Source: Eledone cirrhosa (Eukaryota). Taken from it: a stretch of DNA of 64,000 nt. Below are positions 15,301 through 28,600 of this stretch, in pieces. The stretch is from NCBI GenBank assembly GCA_964016885.1, contig OZ024745.1, positions 1-64,000 on the forward strand, read 5' to 3'. A program made the position numbers and the translations under genes. The notes beneath the pieces are model-generated. The model had not been told where the DNA came from. It was given only the letters and a program-made list of their open reading frames with translations, and searched no databases. Position 1 is the first letter of the stretch, and each line of letters begins with the position of its first letter.

Positions 15301-18300
15301 TATATATATAGGGTGTAGTGGTGACAGAAGTTATATAGGGTGTAGTGGTGACAGAAGTTATATAGGGTGTAGTGGTGACAGAAGTTATATAGGGTGTAGT
15401 GGTGACAGATGTTATTTATATAGGGTGTAGTGGTGACAGAAGTTATATAGGGTGTAGTGGTGACAGAGGTTATATAGGGTGTAGTGGTGACAGATGTTAT
15501 ATATATAGGGTGTAGTGGTGACAGAAGTTATATAGGGTGTAGTGGTGACAGAAGTTATATAGGGTGTAGTGGTGACAGAAGTTATATATATAGGGTGTAG
15601 TGGTGACAGAAGTTATATAGGGTGTAGTGGTGACAGATGTTATATATATAGGGTGTAGTGGTGACAGAAGTTATATAGGGTGTAGTGGTGACAGAAGTTA
15701 TATAGGGTGTAGTGGTGACTGAAGTTATATATATAGGGTGTAGTGGTGACAGAAGTTATATAGGGTGTAGTGGTGACAGAAGTTATATAGGGTGTAGTGG
15801 TGACAGAAGTTATATATATAGGGTGTAGTGGTGACAGAAGTTATATAGGGTGTAGTGGTGACAGATGTTATATATATAGGGTGTAGTGGTGACAGAAGTT
15901 ATATATATAGGGTGTAGTGGTGACAGAGGTTATATATATAGGGTGTAGTGGTGACAGAAGTTATATAGGGTGTAGTGGTGACAGAAGTTATATATATAGG
16001 GTGTAGTGGTGACAGAGGTTATATATATAGGGTGTAGTGGTGACAGAGGTTATATATATAGGGTGTAGTGGTGATAGAAGTTATATATATAGGGGGTAGT
16101 GGTGACAGAAGTTATATAGGGTGTAGTAGTGACAGAAGTTATATATATAGGGTGTAGTGGTGACAGAGGTTATATATATAGGGTGTAGTGGTGACAGAAG
16201 TTATATATATAGGGCGTAGTGGTGACAGAAGTTATATAGGGTGTAGTGGTGACAGAAGTTATATATATAGGGTGTAGTGGTGACAGAAGTTATATAGGGT
16301 GTAGTGGTGACAGAAGTTATATATATAGGGTGTAGTGGTGACAGAAGTTATATATATAGGGTGTAGTGGTGACAGAAGTTATATATATAGGGTGTAGTGG
16401 TGACAGAAGTTATATATATAGGGCGTAGTGGTGACAGAAGTTATATATATAGGGTGTAGTGGTGACAGAAGTTATATATATAGGGTGTAGTGGTGACAGA
16501 GTTATATATATAGGGTGTAGTGGTGACAGAAGTTATATAGGGTGTAGTGGTGACAGATGTTATATATATAGGGTGTAGTGGTGACAGAAGTTATATAGGG
16601 TGTAGTGGTGACAGGTTATATAGGGTGTAGTGGTGACATGTTATATATATAGGGTGTAGTGGTGACAGAAGTTATATAGGGTGTAGTGGTGACAGAAGTT
16701 ATATAGGGTGTAGTGGTGACAGAAGTTATATATATAGGGTGTAGTGGTGACAGAAGTTATATAGGGTGTAGTGGTGACAGAAGTTATATAAGGTGTAGTG
16801 GTGACAGAAGTTATATATATAGGGTGTAGTGGTGACAGAAGTTATATAGGGTGTAGTAGTGCAGAAGTTATATATATAGGGGTGTAGTGGTGACAGAAGT
16901 TATATAGGGTGTAGTGGTGACAGAAGTTATATATATAGGGTGTAGTGGTGACAGATGTTATATATATAGGGTGTAGTGGTGACAGAGGTTATATATATAG
17001 GGTGTAGTGGTGACAGAAGTTATATATATAGGGGTAGTGGTGACAGAAGTTATATAGGGTGTAGTAGTGACAGAAGTTATATATATAGGGTGTAGTGGTG
17101 ACAGAGGTTATATATATAGGGGTGTAGTGGTGACAGAAGTTATATAGGGTGTAGTGGATGACAGAGTTATATAGGGTGTAGTGGTGACAGATGTTATATA
17201 TATAGGGTGTAGTGGTGACAGAAGTTATATAGGGTGTAGTGGTGACAGAAGTTATATAGGATGTAGTGGTGACAGAAGTTATATATATAGGGTGTAGTGG
17301 TGACAGAAGTTATATATATAGGGTGTAGTGGTGACAGAAGTTATATAGGGTGTAGTGGTGACAGAAGTTATATAGGGTGTAGTGGTGACAGAAGTTATAT
17401 ATATAGGGTGTAGTGGTGACAGAAGTTATATATAGGGTGTAGTGGTGACAGATGTTATATATATAGGGTGTAGTGGTGACAGAAGTTATATATAGGGTGT
17501 AGTGGTGACAGAAGGTTATATATATAGGGTGTAGTGGTGACAGAAGTTATATATATAGGGTGTAGTGGTGACAGAAGTTATATAGGGTGTAGTGGTGACA
17601 GAAGTTAATATAGGGTGTAGTGGTGACAGAAGTTATATATATAGGGTGTAGTGGTGACAGAGGTTATATATAGGGTGTAGTGGTGACAGAAGTTATATAT
17701 ATAGGGGGTAGTGGTGACAGAAGTTATATAGGGTGTAGTGGTGACAGAAGTTATATATATAGGGTGTAGTGGTGACAGAGTTATATATATAGGGTGTAGT
17801 GGTGACAGAAGTTATATATATAGGGCGTAGTGGTGACAGAAGTTATATAGGGTGTAGTGGTGACAGAAGTTATATATATAGGGTGTAGTGGTGACAGAAG
17901 TTATATATATATAGGGTGTAGTGGTGACAGAAGTTATATATATAGGGTGTAGTGGTGACAGAAGGTTATATATATAGGGTGTAGTGGTGACAGAAGTTAT
18001 ATAGGGTGTAGTGGTGACAGAAGTTATATAGGGTGTAGTGGTGACAGAAGTTATATAGGGTGTAGTGGTGACAGATGTTATATATATAGGGTGTAGTGGT
18101 GACAGAAGTTATATAGGGTGTAGTGGTGACAGAGGTTATATAGGGTGTAGTGCTGACAGATGTTATATATATAGGGTGTAGTGGTGACAGAAGTTATATA
18201 GGGTGTAGTGGTGACAGAAGTTATATAGGGTGTAGTGGTGACAGAAGTATATATATAGGGTGTAGTGGTGACAGAAGTTATATATATAGGGTGTAGTGGT

Positions 18301-21300
18301 GACAGAAGTTATATAGGGTGTAGTGGTGACAGAAGTTATATAGGGTGTAGTGGTGACAGAAGTTATATATATAGGGTGTAGTGGTGACAGAAGTTATATA
18401 GGGTGTAGTGGTGACAGAAGTTATATATATAGGGTGTAGTGGTGACAGATGTTATATAGGGTGTAGTGGTGACAGAAGTTATATATATAGGGCGTAGTGG
18501 TGACAGAAGTTATATAGGGTGTAGTGGTGACAGAAGTTATATATATAGGGTGTAGTGGTGACAGAAGTTATATAGGGTGTAGTGGTGACAGAAGTTATAT
18601 ATATAGGGTGTAGTGGTGACAGAAGTTTATATATAGGGGGTAGTGGTGACAGAAGTTATATATATATAGGGGGTAGTGGTGACAGAAGTTATATAGGGTG
18701 TAGTAGTGACAGAAGTATATATATAGGGCGTAGTGGTGACAGAGGTTATATATATAGGGTGTAGTGGTGACAGAAGTTATATATATAGGGGGTAGTGGTG
18801 ACAGAAGTTATATAGGGTGTAGTAGTGACAGAAGTTATATATATAGGGTGTAGTGGTGACAGAAGTTATATAGGGTTGTAGTGGTGACAGAAGTTATATA
18901 TATAGGGTGTAGTGGTGACAGAAGTTATATATATAGGGTGTAGTGGTGACAGAAGTTATATATATAGGGCGTAGTGGTGACAGAAGTTATATAGGGTGTA
19001 GTGGTGACAGAAGTTATATATATAGGGTGTAGTGGTGACAGAAGTTATATATATAGGGTGTAGTGGTGACAGAGTTATATATATAGGGTGTAGTGGTGAC
19101 AGAAGTTATATAGGGTGTAGTGGTGACAGAAGTTATATATATATGGTGTAGTGGTGACAGAAGTTATATAGGGTGTAGTGGTGACAGAAGTTATATATAT
19201 AGGGTGTAGTGGTGACAGAAGTTATATATATAGGGCGTAGTGTTGACAGAAGTTATATAGGGTGTAGTGGTGACAGAAGTTATATATATAGGGTGTAGTG
19301 GTGACAGAAGTTATATATATAGAGGGTGTGAGGTTATAGATATAGGGTGTAGTGGTGACAGAAGTTATATATATAGGGTGTAGTGGTGACAGAAGTTTAT
19401 ATATAGGGTGTACGTGGTGACAGAAGTTATATATATAGGGTGTAGTGGTGACAGAAGTTATATAGGGTGTAGTGGTGACAGAAGTTATATATATATGGTG
19501 TAGTGGTGACAGATGTTTTATATAGGGTGTAGTGGTGACAGAAGTTATATATATAGGGTGTAGTGGTGACAGAAGTTTATATATAGGGTGTAGTGTTGAC
19601 AGAAGTTATATATAGGGTGTAGTGGTGACAGAAGTTATATATATAGGGTGTAGTGGTGACAGAAGTTATATATGAGGTTGTAGTGGTGACAGAGTTATAT
19701 ATATAGGGTGTAGTTGGTGACAGAAGTTATATATAAGGGTGTAGTGGTGACAGAAGTTATATATATAGGTTGTAGTGGTGACAGAGTTATATATAGGGTT
19801 GTAGTGGTGACAGAGAGTTATATAGGGTGTGTAGTGGTGACAGAGAGTTATATATAGGGTGTAGTGGTGACAGAAGTTATATATATAGGGTGTAGTGGTG
19901 ACAGAAGTTAATATAGGGTGTAGTGGTGACAGAAGGTTATATAGGGTGTAGTGGTGACAGATGTTATATATAGGGTGTAGTGGTGACAGAAGTTATATAT
20001 AGGGTGTAGTGGTGACAGAGGTTATAATAGGGTGTAGTGGTGACAGAGTTATATATATAGGGTGTAGTGGTGACAGAAGTTATATAGGGTGTAGTGGTGA
20101 CAGAAGTTAAATAGGGTGTAGTGGTGACAGAAGTTATATAGGGTGTAGTGGTGACAGAAGTTATATATATAGGGTGTAGTGGTGACAGAAGTTATATAGG
20201 GTGTAGTGGTGACAGATGTTATATATATAGGGTGTAGTGGTGACAGAAGTTATATAGGGTGTAGTGGTGACAGAAGTTATATAGGGTGTAGTGGTGACAG
20301 AAGTTATATATATAGGGTGTAGTGGTGACAGAAGTTATATAGGGTGTAGTGGTGACAGAAGTTATATAGGGTGTAGTGGTGACAGAAGTTATATATATAG
20401 GGTGTAGTGGTGACAGATGTTATATATATAGGGTGTAGTGGTGACAGAAGTTATATATATAGGGTGTAGTGGTGACAGAAGTTATATAGGGTGTAGTGGT
20501 GACAGAAGTTATATATATAGGGTGTAGTGGTGACAGAAGTTATATAGGGTGTAGTGGTGACAGAAGTTATATAGGGTGTAGTGGTGACAGAAGTTATATA
20601 TATAGGGTGTAGTGGTGACAGAAGTTATATATATAGGGTGTAGTGGTGACAGAAGTTATATAGGGTGTAGTGGTGACAGAAGTTATATAGGGTGTAGTGG
20701 TGACAGAAGTTATATATATAGGGTGTAGTGGTGACAGAAGTTATATATGTAGGGCGTAGTGGTGACAGAAGTTATATAGGGTGTAGTGGTGACAGAAGTT
20801 ATATATATAGGGTGTAGTGGTGACAGAAGTTATATATATAGGGTGTAGTGGTGACAGAAGTTATATATATAGGGTGTAGTGGTGACAGAAGTTATATAGG
20901 GTGTAGTGGTGACAGAAGTTATATAGGGTGTAGTGGTGACAGAAGTTATATATATAGGGTGTAGTGGTGACAGAAGTTATATATATAGGGTGTAGTGGTG
21001 ACAGAAGTTATATAGGGTGTAGTGGTGACAGAAGTTATATAGGGTGTAGTGGTGACAGAAGTTATATATATAGGGTGTAGTGGTGACAGAAGTTATATAG
21101 GGTGTAGTGGTGACAGAAGTTATATATATAGGGTGTAGTGGTGACAGATGTTATATAGGGTGTAGTGGTGACAGAAGTTATATATATAGGGCGTAGTGGT
21201 GACAGAAGTTATATAGGGTGTAGTGGTGACAGAAGTTATATATATAGGGTGTAGTGGTGACAGAAGTTATATAGGGTGTAGTGGTGACAGAAGTTATATA

Positions 21301-24300
21301 TATAGGGTGTAGTGGTGACAGAAGTTATATATATAGGGGGTAGTGGTGACAGAAGTTATATAGGGTGTAGTAGTGACAGAAGTAATATATATAGGGTGTA
21401 GTGGTGACAGAGTTATATATATAGGGTGTAGTGGTGACAGAAGTTATATATATAGGGCGTAGTGGTGACAGAAGTTATATAGGGTGTAGTGGTGACAGAA
21501 GTTATATATATAGGGTGTAGTGGTGACAGAAGTTATATATATAGGGCGTAGTGGTGACAGAAGTTATATAGGGTGTAGTGGTGACAGAAGTTATATATAT
21601 AGGGTGTAGTGGTGACAGAGGTTATATATATAGGGTGTAGTGGTGACAGAAGTTATATAGGGTGTAGTGGTGACAGAGGTTATATAGGGTGTAGTGGTGA
21701 CAGAAGTTATATATATAGGGTGTAGTGGTGACAGAAGTTATATATATAGGGTGTAGTGGTGACAGAAGTTATATAGGGTGTAGTGGTGACAGAAGTTATA
21801 TAGGGTGTAGTGGTGACAGAAGTTATATATATAGGGTGTAGTGGTGACAGAAGTTATATAGGGTGTAGTGGTGACAGATGTTATATATATAGGGTGTAGT
21901 GGTGACAGAAGTTATATAGGGTGTAGTGGTGACAGAAGTTATATAGGGTGTAGTGGTGACAGAAGTTATATAGGGTGTAGTGGTGACAGAAGTTATATAT
22001 ATAGGGTGTAGTGGTGACAGAGGTTATATATATAGGGTGTAGTGGTGACAGAAGTTATATAGGGTGTAGTGGTGACAGAAGTTATATATATAGGGTGTAG
22101 TGGTGACAGATGTTATATATATAGGGTGTAGTGGTGACAGAGGTTATATATATAGGGTGTAGTGGTGACAGAAGTTATATATATAGGGGGTAGTGGTGAC
22201 AGAAGTTATATAGGGTGTAGTAGTGACAGAAGTTATATATATAGGGTGTAGTGGTGACAGAGGTTATATATATAGGGTGTAGTGGTGACAGAAGTTATAT
22301 ATATAGGGCGTAGTGGTGACAGAAGTTATATAGGGTGTAGTGGTGACAGAAGTTATATATATAGGGTGTAGTGGTGACAGAAGTTATATAGGGTGTAGTG
22401 GTGACAGAAGTTATATATATAGGGTGTAGTGGTGACAGGAGTTATATATATAGGGTGTAGTGGTGACAGAAGTTATATATATAGGGCGTAGTGGTGACAG
22501 AAGTTATACAGGGTGTAGTGGTGACAGAAGTTATATATATACGGTGTAGTGGTGACAGAAGTTATATATATAGGGTGTAGTGGTGACAGAGTTATATATA
22601 TAGGGTGTAGTGGTGACAGAAGTTATATAGGGTGTAGTGGTGACAGAAGTTATATATATAGGGTGTAGTGGTGACAGAAGTTATATAGGGTGTAGTGGTG
22701 ACAGAAGTTATATAGGGTGTAGTGGTGACAGAAGTTATATAGGGTGTAGTGGTGACAGAAGTTATATATATAGGGTGTAGTGGTGACAGAAGTTATATAG
22801 GGTGTAGTGGTGACAGAAGTTATATAGGGTGTAGTGGTGACAGAAGTTATATATATAGGGTGTAGTGGTGACAGAAGTTATATATGTAGGGCGTAGTGGT
22901 GACAGAAGTTATATAGGGTGTAGTGGTGACAGAAGTTATATATATAGGGTGTAGTGGTGACAGAAGTTATATATATATAGGGTGTAGTGGTGACAGAAGT
23001 TATATAGGGTGTAGTGGTGACAGAAGTTATATAGGGTGTAGTGGTGACAGAAGTTATATATATAGGGTGTAGTGGTGACAGAAGTTATATATATAGGGTG
23101 TAGTGGTGACAGAAGTTATATAGGGTGTAGTGGTGACAGAAGTTATATAGGGTGTAGTGGTTACAGAAGTTATATATATATAGGGTGTAGTGGTGACAGA
23201 TGTTATATAGGGTGTAGTGGTGACAGAAGTTATATATATAGGGTGTAGTGGTGACAGATGTTATATAGGGTGTAGTGGTGACAGAAGTTATATATATAGG
23301 GCGTAGTGGTGACAGAAGTTATATAGGGTGTAGTGGTGACAGAAGTTATATATATAGGGTGTAGTGGTGACAGAAGTTATATAGGGTGTAGTGGTGACAG
23401 AAGTTATATATATAGGGTGTAGTGGAGACAGAAGTTATATATATAGGGGGTAGTGGTGACAGAAGTTATATAGGGTGTAGTAGTGACAGAAGTAATATAT
23501 ATAGGGTGTAGTGGTGACAGAGGTTATATATATAGGGTGTAGTGGTGACAGAAGTTATATATATAGGGCGTAGTGGTGACAGAAGTTATATATATAGGGG
23601 GTAGTGGTGACAGAAGTTATATAGGGTGTAGTAGTGACAGAAGTAATATATATAGGGTGTAGTGGTGACAGAGGTTATATATATAGGGTGTAGTGGTGAC
23701 AGAAGTTATATAGGGTGTAGTGGTGACAGAAGTTATATATATAGGGTGTAGTGGTGACAGAAGTTATATAGGGTGTAGTGGTGACAGAAGTTATATATAT
23801 AGGGTGTAGTGGTGACAGAAGTTATATATATAGGGTGTAGTGGTGACAGAAGTTATATATATAGGGCGTAGTGGTGACAGAAGTTATATAGGGTGCAGTG
23901 GTGACAGAAGTTATATATATAGGGTGTAGTGGTGACAGAAGTTATATATATAGGGTGTAGTGGTGACAGAGTTATATATATAGGGTGTAGTGGTGACAGA
24001 AGTTATATAGGGTGTAGTGGTGACAGAAGTTATATATATAGGGTGTAGTGGTGACAGAAGTTATATAGGGTGTAGTGGTGACAGAAGTTATATATATAGG
24101 GTGTAGTGGTGACAGAAGTTATATATATAGGGCGTAGTGGTGACAGAAGTTATATAGGGTGTAGTGGTGACAGAAGTTATATATATAGGGTGTAGTGGTG
24201 ACAGAAGTTATATATATAGAGGGTGTAGTGGTGACAGAGGTTATATATATAGGGTGTAGTGGTGACAGAAGTTATATATATAGGGTGTAGTGGTGACAGA

Positions 24301-25689
24301 AGTTATATATATAGGGTGTAGTGGTGACAGAGGTTATATATATATAGGGTGTAGTGGTGACAGAAGTTATATAGGGTGTAGTGGTGACAGAAGTTATATA
24401 GGGTGTAGTGGTGACAGAAGTTATATATATAGGGTGTAGTGGTGACAGAAGTTATATAGGGTGTAGTGGTGACAGAAGTTATATAGGGTGTAGTGGTGAC
24501 AGATGTTATATATATAGGGTGTAGTGGTGACAGAAGTTATATAGGGTGTAGTGGTGACAGAGGTTATATAGGGTGTAGTGGTGACAGATGTTATATATAT
24601 AGGGTGTAGTGGTGACAGAAGTTATATAGGGTGTAGTGGTGACAGAAGTTATATAGGGTGTAGTGGTGACAGAAGTTATATATATATATATAGGGTGTAG
24701 TGGTGACAGAAGTTATGTAGGGTGTAGTGGTGACAGAAGTTATATAGGGTGTAGTGGTGACAGAAGTTATATAGGGTGTAGTGGTGACAGAAGTTATATA
24801 TATAGGGTGTAGTGGTGACAGAAGTTATATAGGGTGTAGTGGTGACAGATGTTATATATATAGGGTGTAGTGGTGACAGAAGTTATATAGGGTGTAGTGG
24901 TGACAGAAGTTATATATATAGGGTGTAGTGGTGACAGAAGTTATATAGGGTGTAGTGGTGACAGAAGTTATATAGGGTGTAGTGGTGACAGAAGTTATAT
25001 AGGGTGTAGTGGTGACAGAAGTTATATATATAGGGTGTAGTGGTGACAGATGTTATATATATAGGGTGTAGTGGTGACAGATGTTATATATATAGGGTGT
25101 AGTGGTGACAGAGGTTATATATATAGGGTGTAGTGGTGACAGAAGTTATATATATAGGGGGTAGTGGTGACAGAAGTTATATAGGGTGTAGTAGTGACAG
25201 AAGTTATATATATAGGGTGTAGTGGTGACAGAGGTTATATATATAGGGTGTAGTGGTGACAGAAGTTATATATATAGGGCGTAGTGGTGACAGAAGTTAT
25301 ATAGGGTGTAGTGGTGACAGAAGTTATATATATATAGGGTGTAGTGGTGACAGAAGTTATATAGGGTGTAGTGGTGACAGAAGTTATATATATAGGGTGT
25401 AGTGGTGACAGAAGTTATATATATAGGGTGTAGTGGTGACAGAAGTTATATATATAGGGTGTAGTGGTGACAGAAGTTATATATATAGGGCGTAGTGGTG
25501 ACAGAAGTTATATATATAGGGTGTAGTGGTGACAGAAGTTATATATATAGGGTGTAGTGGTGACAGAGTTATATATATAGGGTGTAGTGGTGACAGAAGT
25601 TATATATATAGGGTGTAGTGGTGACAGAAGTTATATAGGGTGTAGTGGTGACAGAAGTTATATATATAGGGTGTAGTGGTGACAGAAGT

Positions 25690-28600
25690 TATATAGGGTG
25701 TAGTGGTGACAGAAGTTATATATATAGGGTGTAGTGGTGACAGAAGTTATATATATAGGGCGTAGTGGTGACAGAAGTTATATAGGGTGTAGTGGTGACA
25801 GAAGTTATATATATAGGGTGTAGTGGTGACAGAAGTTATATATATATAGGGTGTAGTGGTGACAGAAGTTATATATATAGGGTGTAGTGGTGACAGAGGT
25901 TATATATATAGGGTGTAGTGGTGACAGAAGTTATATAGGGTGTAGTGGTGACAGAAGTTATATATATAGGGTGTAGTGGTGACAGAAGTTATATAGGGTG
26001 TAGTGGTGACAGAAGTTATATAGGGTATAGTGGTGACAGATGTTATATATATAGGGGGTAGTGGTGACAGAAGTTATATAGGGTGTAGTGGTGACAGAGG
26101 TTATATAGGGTGTAGTGGTGACATGTTATATATATAGGGTGTAGTGGTGACAGAAGTTATATAGGGTGTAGTGGTGACAGAAGTTATATATATAGGGTGT
26201 AGTGGTGACAGAAGTTATATAGGGTGTAGTGGTGACAGAAGTTATATAAGGTGTAGTGGTGACAGAAGTTATATATATAGGGTGTAGTGGTGACAGAAGT
26301 TATATAGGGTGTAGTGGTGACAGATGTTATATATATAGGGTGTAGTGGTGACAGAAGTTATATAGGGTGTAGTGGTGACAGAAGTTATATAGGGTGTAGT
26401 GGTGACAGAAGTTATATAGGGTGTAGTGGTGACAGAAGTTATATATATAGGGTGTAGTGGTGACAGAAGTTATATATATATAGGGTGTAGTGGTGACAGA
26501 GGTTATATATATAGGGTGTAGTGGTGACAGAGGTTATATATATAGGGTGTAGTGGTGACAGAAGTTATATATATAGGGTGTAGTGGTGACAGATGTTATA
26601 TATATAGGGTGTAGTAGTGACAGAAGTTATATATATAGGGTGTAGTGGTGACAGAGGTTATATATATAGGGTGTAGTGGTGACAGAAGTTATATAGGGTG
26701 TAGTGGTGACAGAAGTTATGTAGGGTGTAGTGGTGACAGATGTTATATAGGATGTAGTGGTGACAGAAGTTATATATATAGGGTGTAGTAGTGACAGAAG
26801 TTATATATATAGGGTGTAGTGGTGACAGAAGTTATATAGGGTGTAGTGGTGACAGAAGTTATATAGGGTGTAGTGGTGACAGATGTTATATAGGGTGTAG
26901 TGGTGACAGAAGTTATATATATAGGGTGTAGTGGTGACAGAGGTTATATATATATATGGTGTAGTGGTGACAGAAGTTATATAGGGTGTAGTAGTGACAG
27001 AAGTTATATAGGGTGTAGTGGTGACAGAAGTTATATAGGGTGTAGTGGTGACAGAAGTTATATAGGGTGTAGTGGTGACAGAGGTTATATAGGGTGTAGT
27101 GGTGACAGAAGTTATATATATAGGGTGTAGTGGTGACAGATGTTATATAGGGTGTAGTGGTGACAGAAGTTATATAGGGTGTAGTGGTGACAGAAGTTAT
27201 ATAGGGTGTAGTGGTGACAGATGTTATATATATAGGGTGTAGTGGTGACAGAAGTTATATATATAGGGTGTAGTGGTGACAGAAGTTATATAGGGTGTAG
27301 TGGTGACAGAAGTTATATAGGGTGTAGTAGTGACAGAAGTTATATATATAGGGTGTAGTGGTGACAGAAGTTATATAGGGTGTAGTGGTGACAGAAGTTA
27401 TATATATAGGGTGTAGTGGTGACAGAAGTTATATAGGGTGTAGTGGTGACAGAAGTTATATATATAGGGTGTAGTGGTGACAGAAGTTATATAGGGTGTA
27501 GTGGTGACAGAAGTTATATATATAGGGTGTAGTGGTGACAGAAGTTATATAGGGTGTAGTGGTGACAGAAGTTATATAGGGTGTAGTGGTGACAGAAGTT
27601 ATATATATAGGGTGTAGTGGTGACAGGTTATATATATAGGGTGTAGTGGTGACAGATGTTATATATATAGGGTGTAGTGGTGACAGAGGTTATATATATA
27701 GGGTGTAGTGGTGACAGAAGTTATATATATAGGGGGTAGTGGTGACAGAAGTTATATAGGGTGTAGTAGTGACAGAAGTTATATATATAGGGTGTAGTGG
27801 TGACAGAGGTTATATATATAGGGTGTAGTGGTGACAGAAGTTATATATATAGGGCGTAGTGGTGACAGAAGTTATATAGGGTGTAGTGGTGACAGAAGTT
27901 ATATATATAGGGTGTAGTGGTGACAGAAGTTATATAGGGTGTAGTGGTGACAGAAGTTATATATATAGGGTGTAGTGGTGACAGAAGTTATATATATAGG
28001 GTGTAGTGGTGACAGAAGTTATATATATAGGGTGTAGTGGTGACAGAAGTTATATATATAGGGCGTAGTGGTGACAGAAGTTATATATATAGGGTGTAGT
28101 GGTGACAGAAGTTATATATATAGGGTGTAGTGGTGACAGAGTTATATATATAGGGTGTAGTGGTGACAGAAGTTATATATATAGGGTGTAGTGGTGACAG
28201 AAGTTATATAGGGTGTAGTGGTGACAGAAGTTATATATATAGGGTGTAGTGGTGACAGAAGTTATATAGGGTGTAGTGGTGACAGAAGTTATATATATAG
28301 GGTGTAGTGGTGACAGAAGTTATATATATAGGGCGTAGTGGTGACAGAAGTTATATAGGGTGTAGTGGTGACAGAAGTTATATATATAGGGTGTAGTGGT
28401 GACAGAAGTTATATATATATAGGGTGTAGTGGTGACAGAAGTTATATATATAGGGTGTAGTGGTGACAGAGGTTATATATATAGGGTGTAGTGGTGACAG
28501 AAATTATATAGGGTGTAGTGGTGACAGAAGTTATATATATAGGGTGTAGTGGTGACAGAAGTTATATAGGGTGTAGTGGTGACAGAAGTTATATAGGGTG

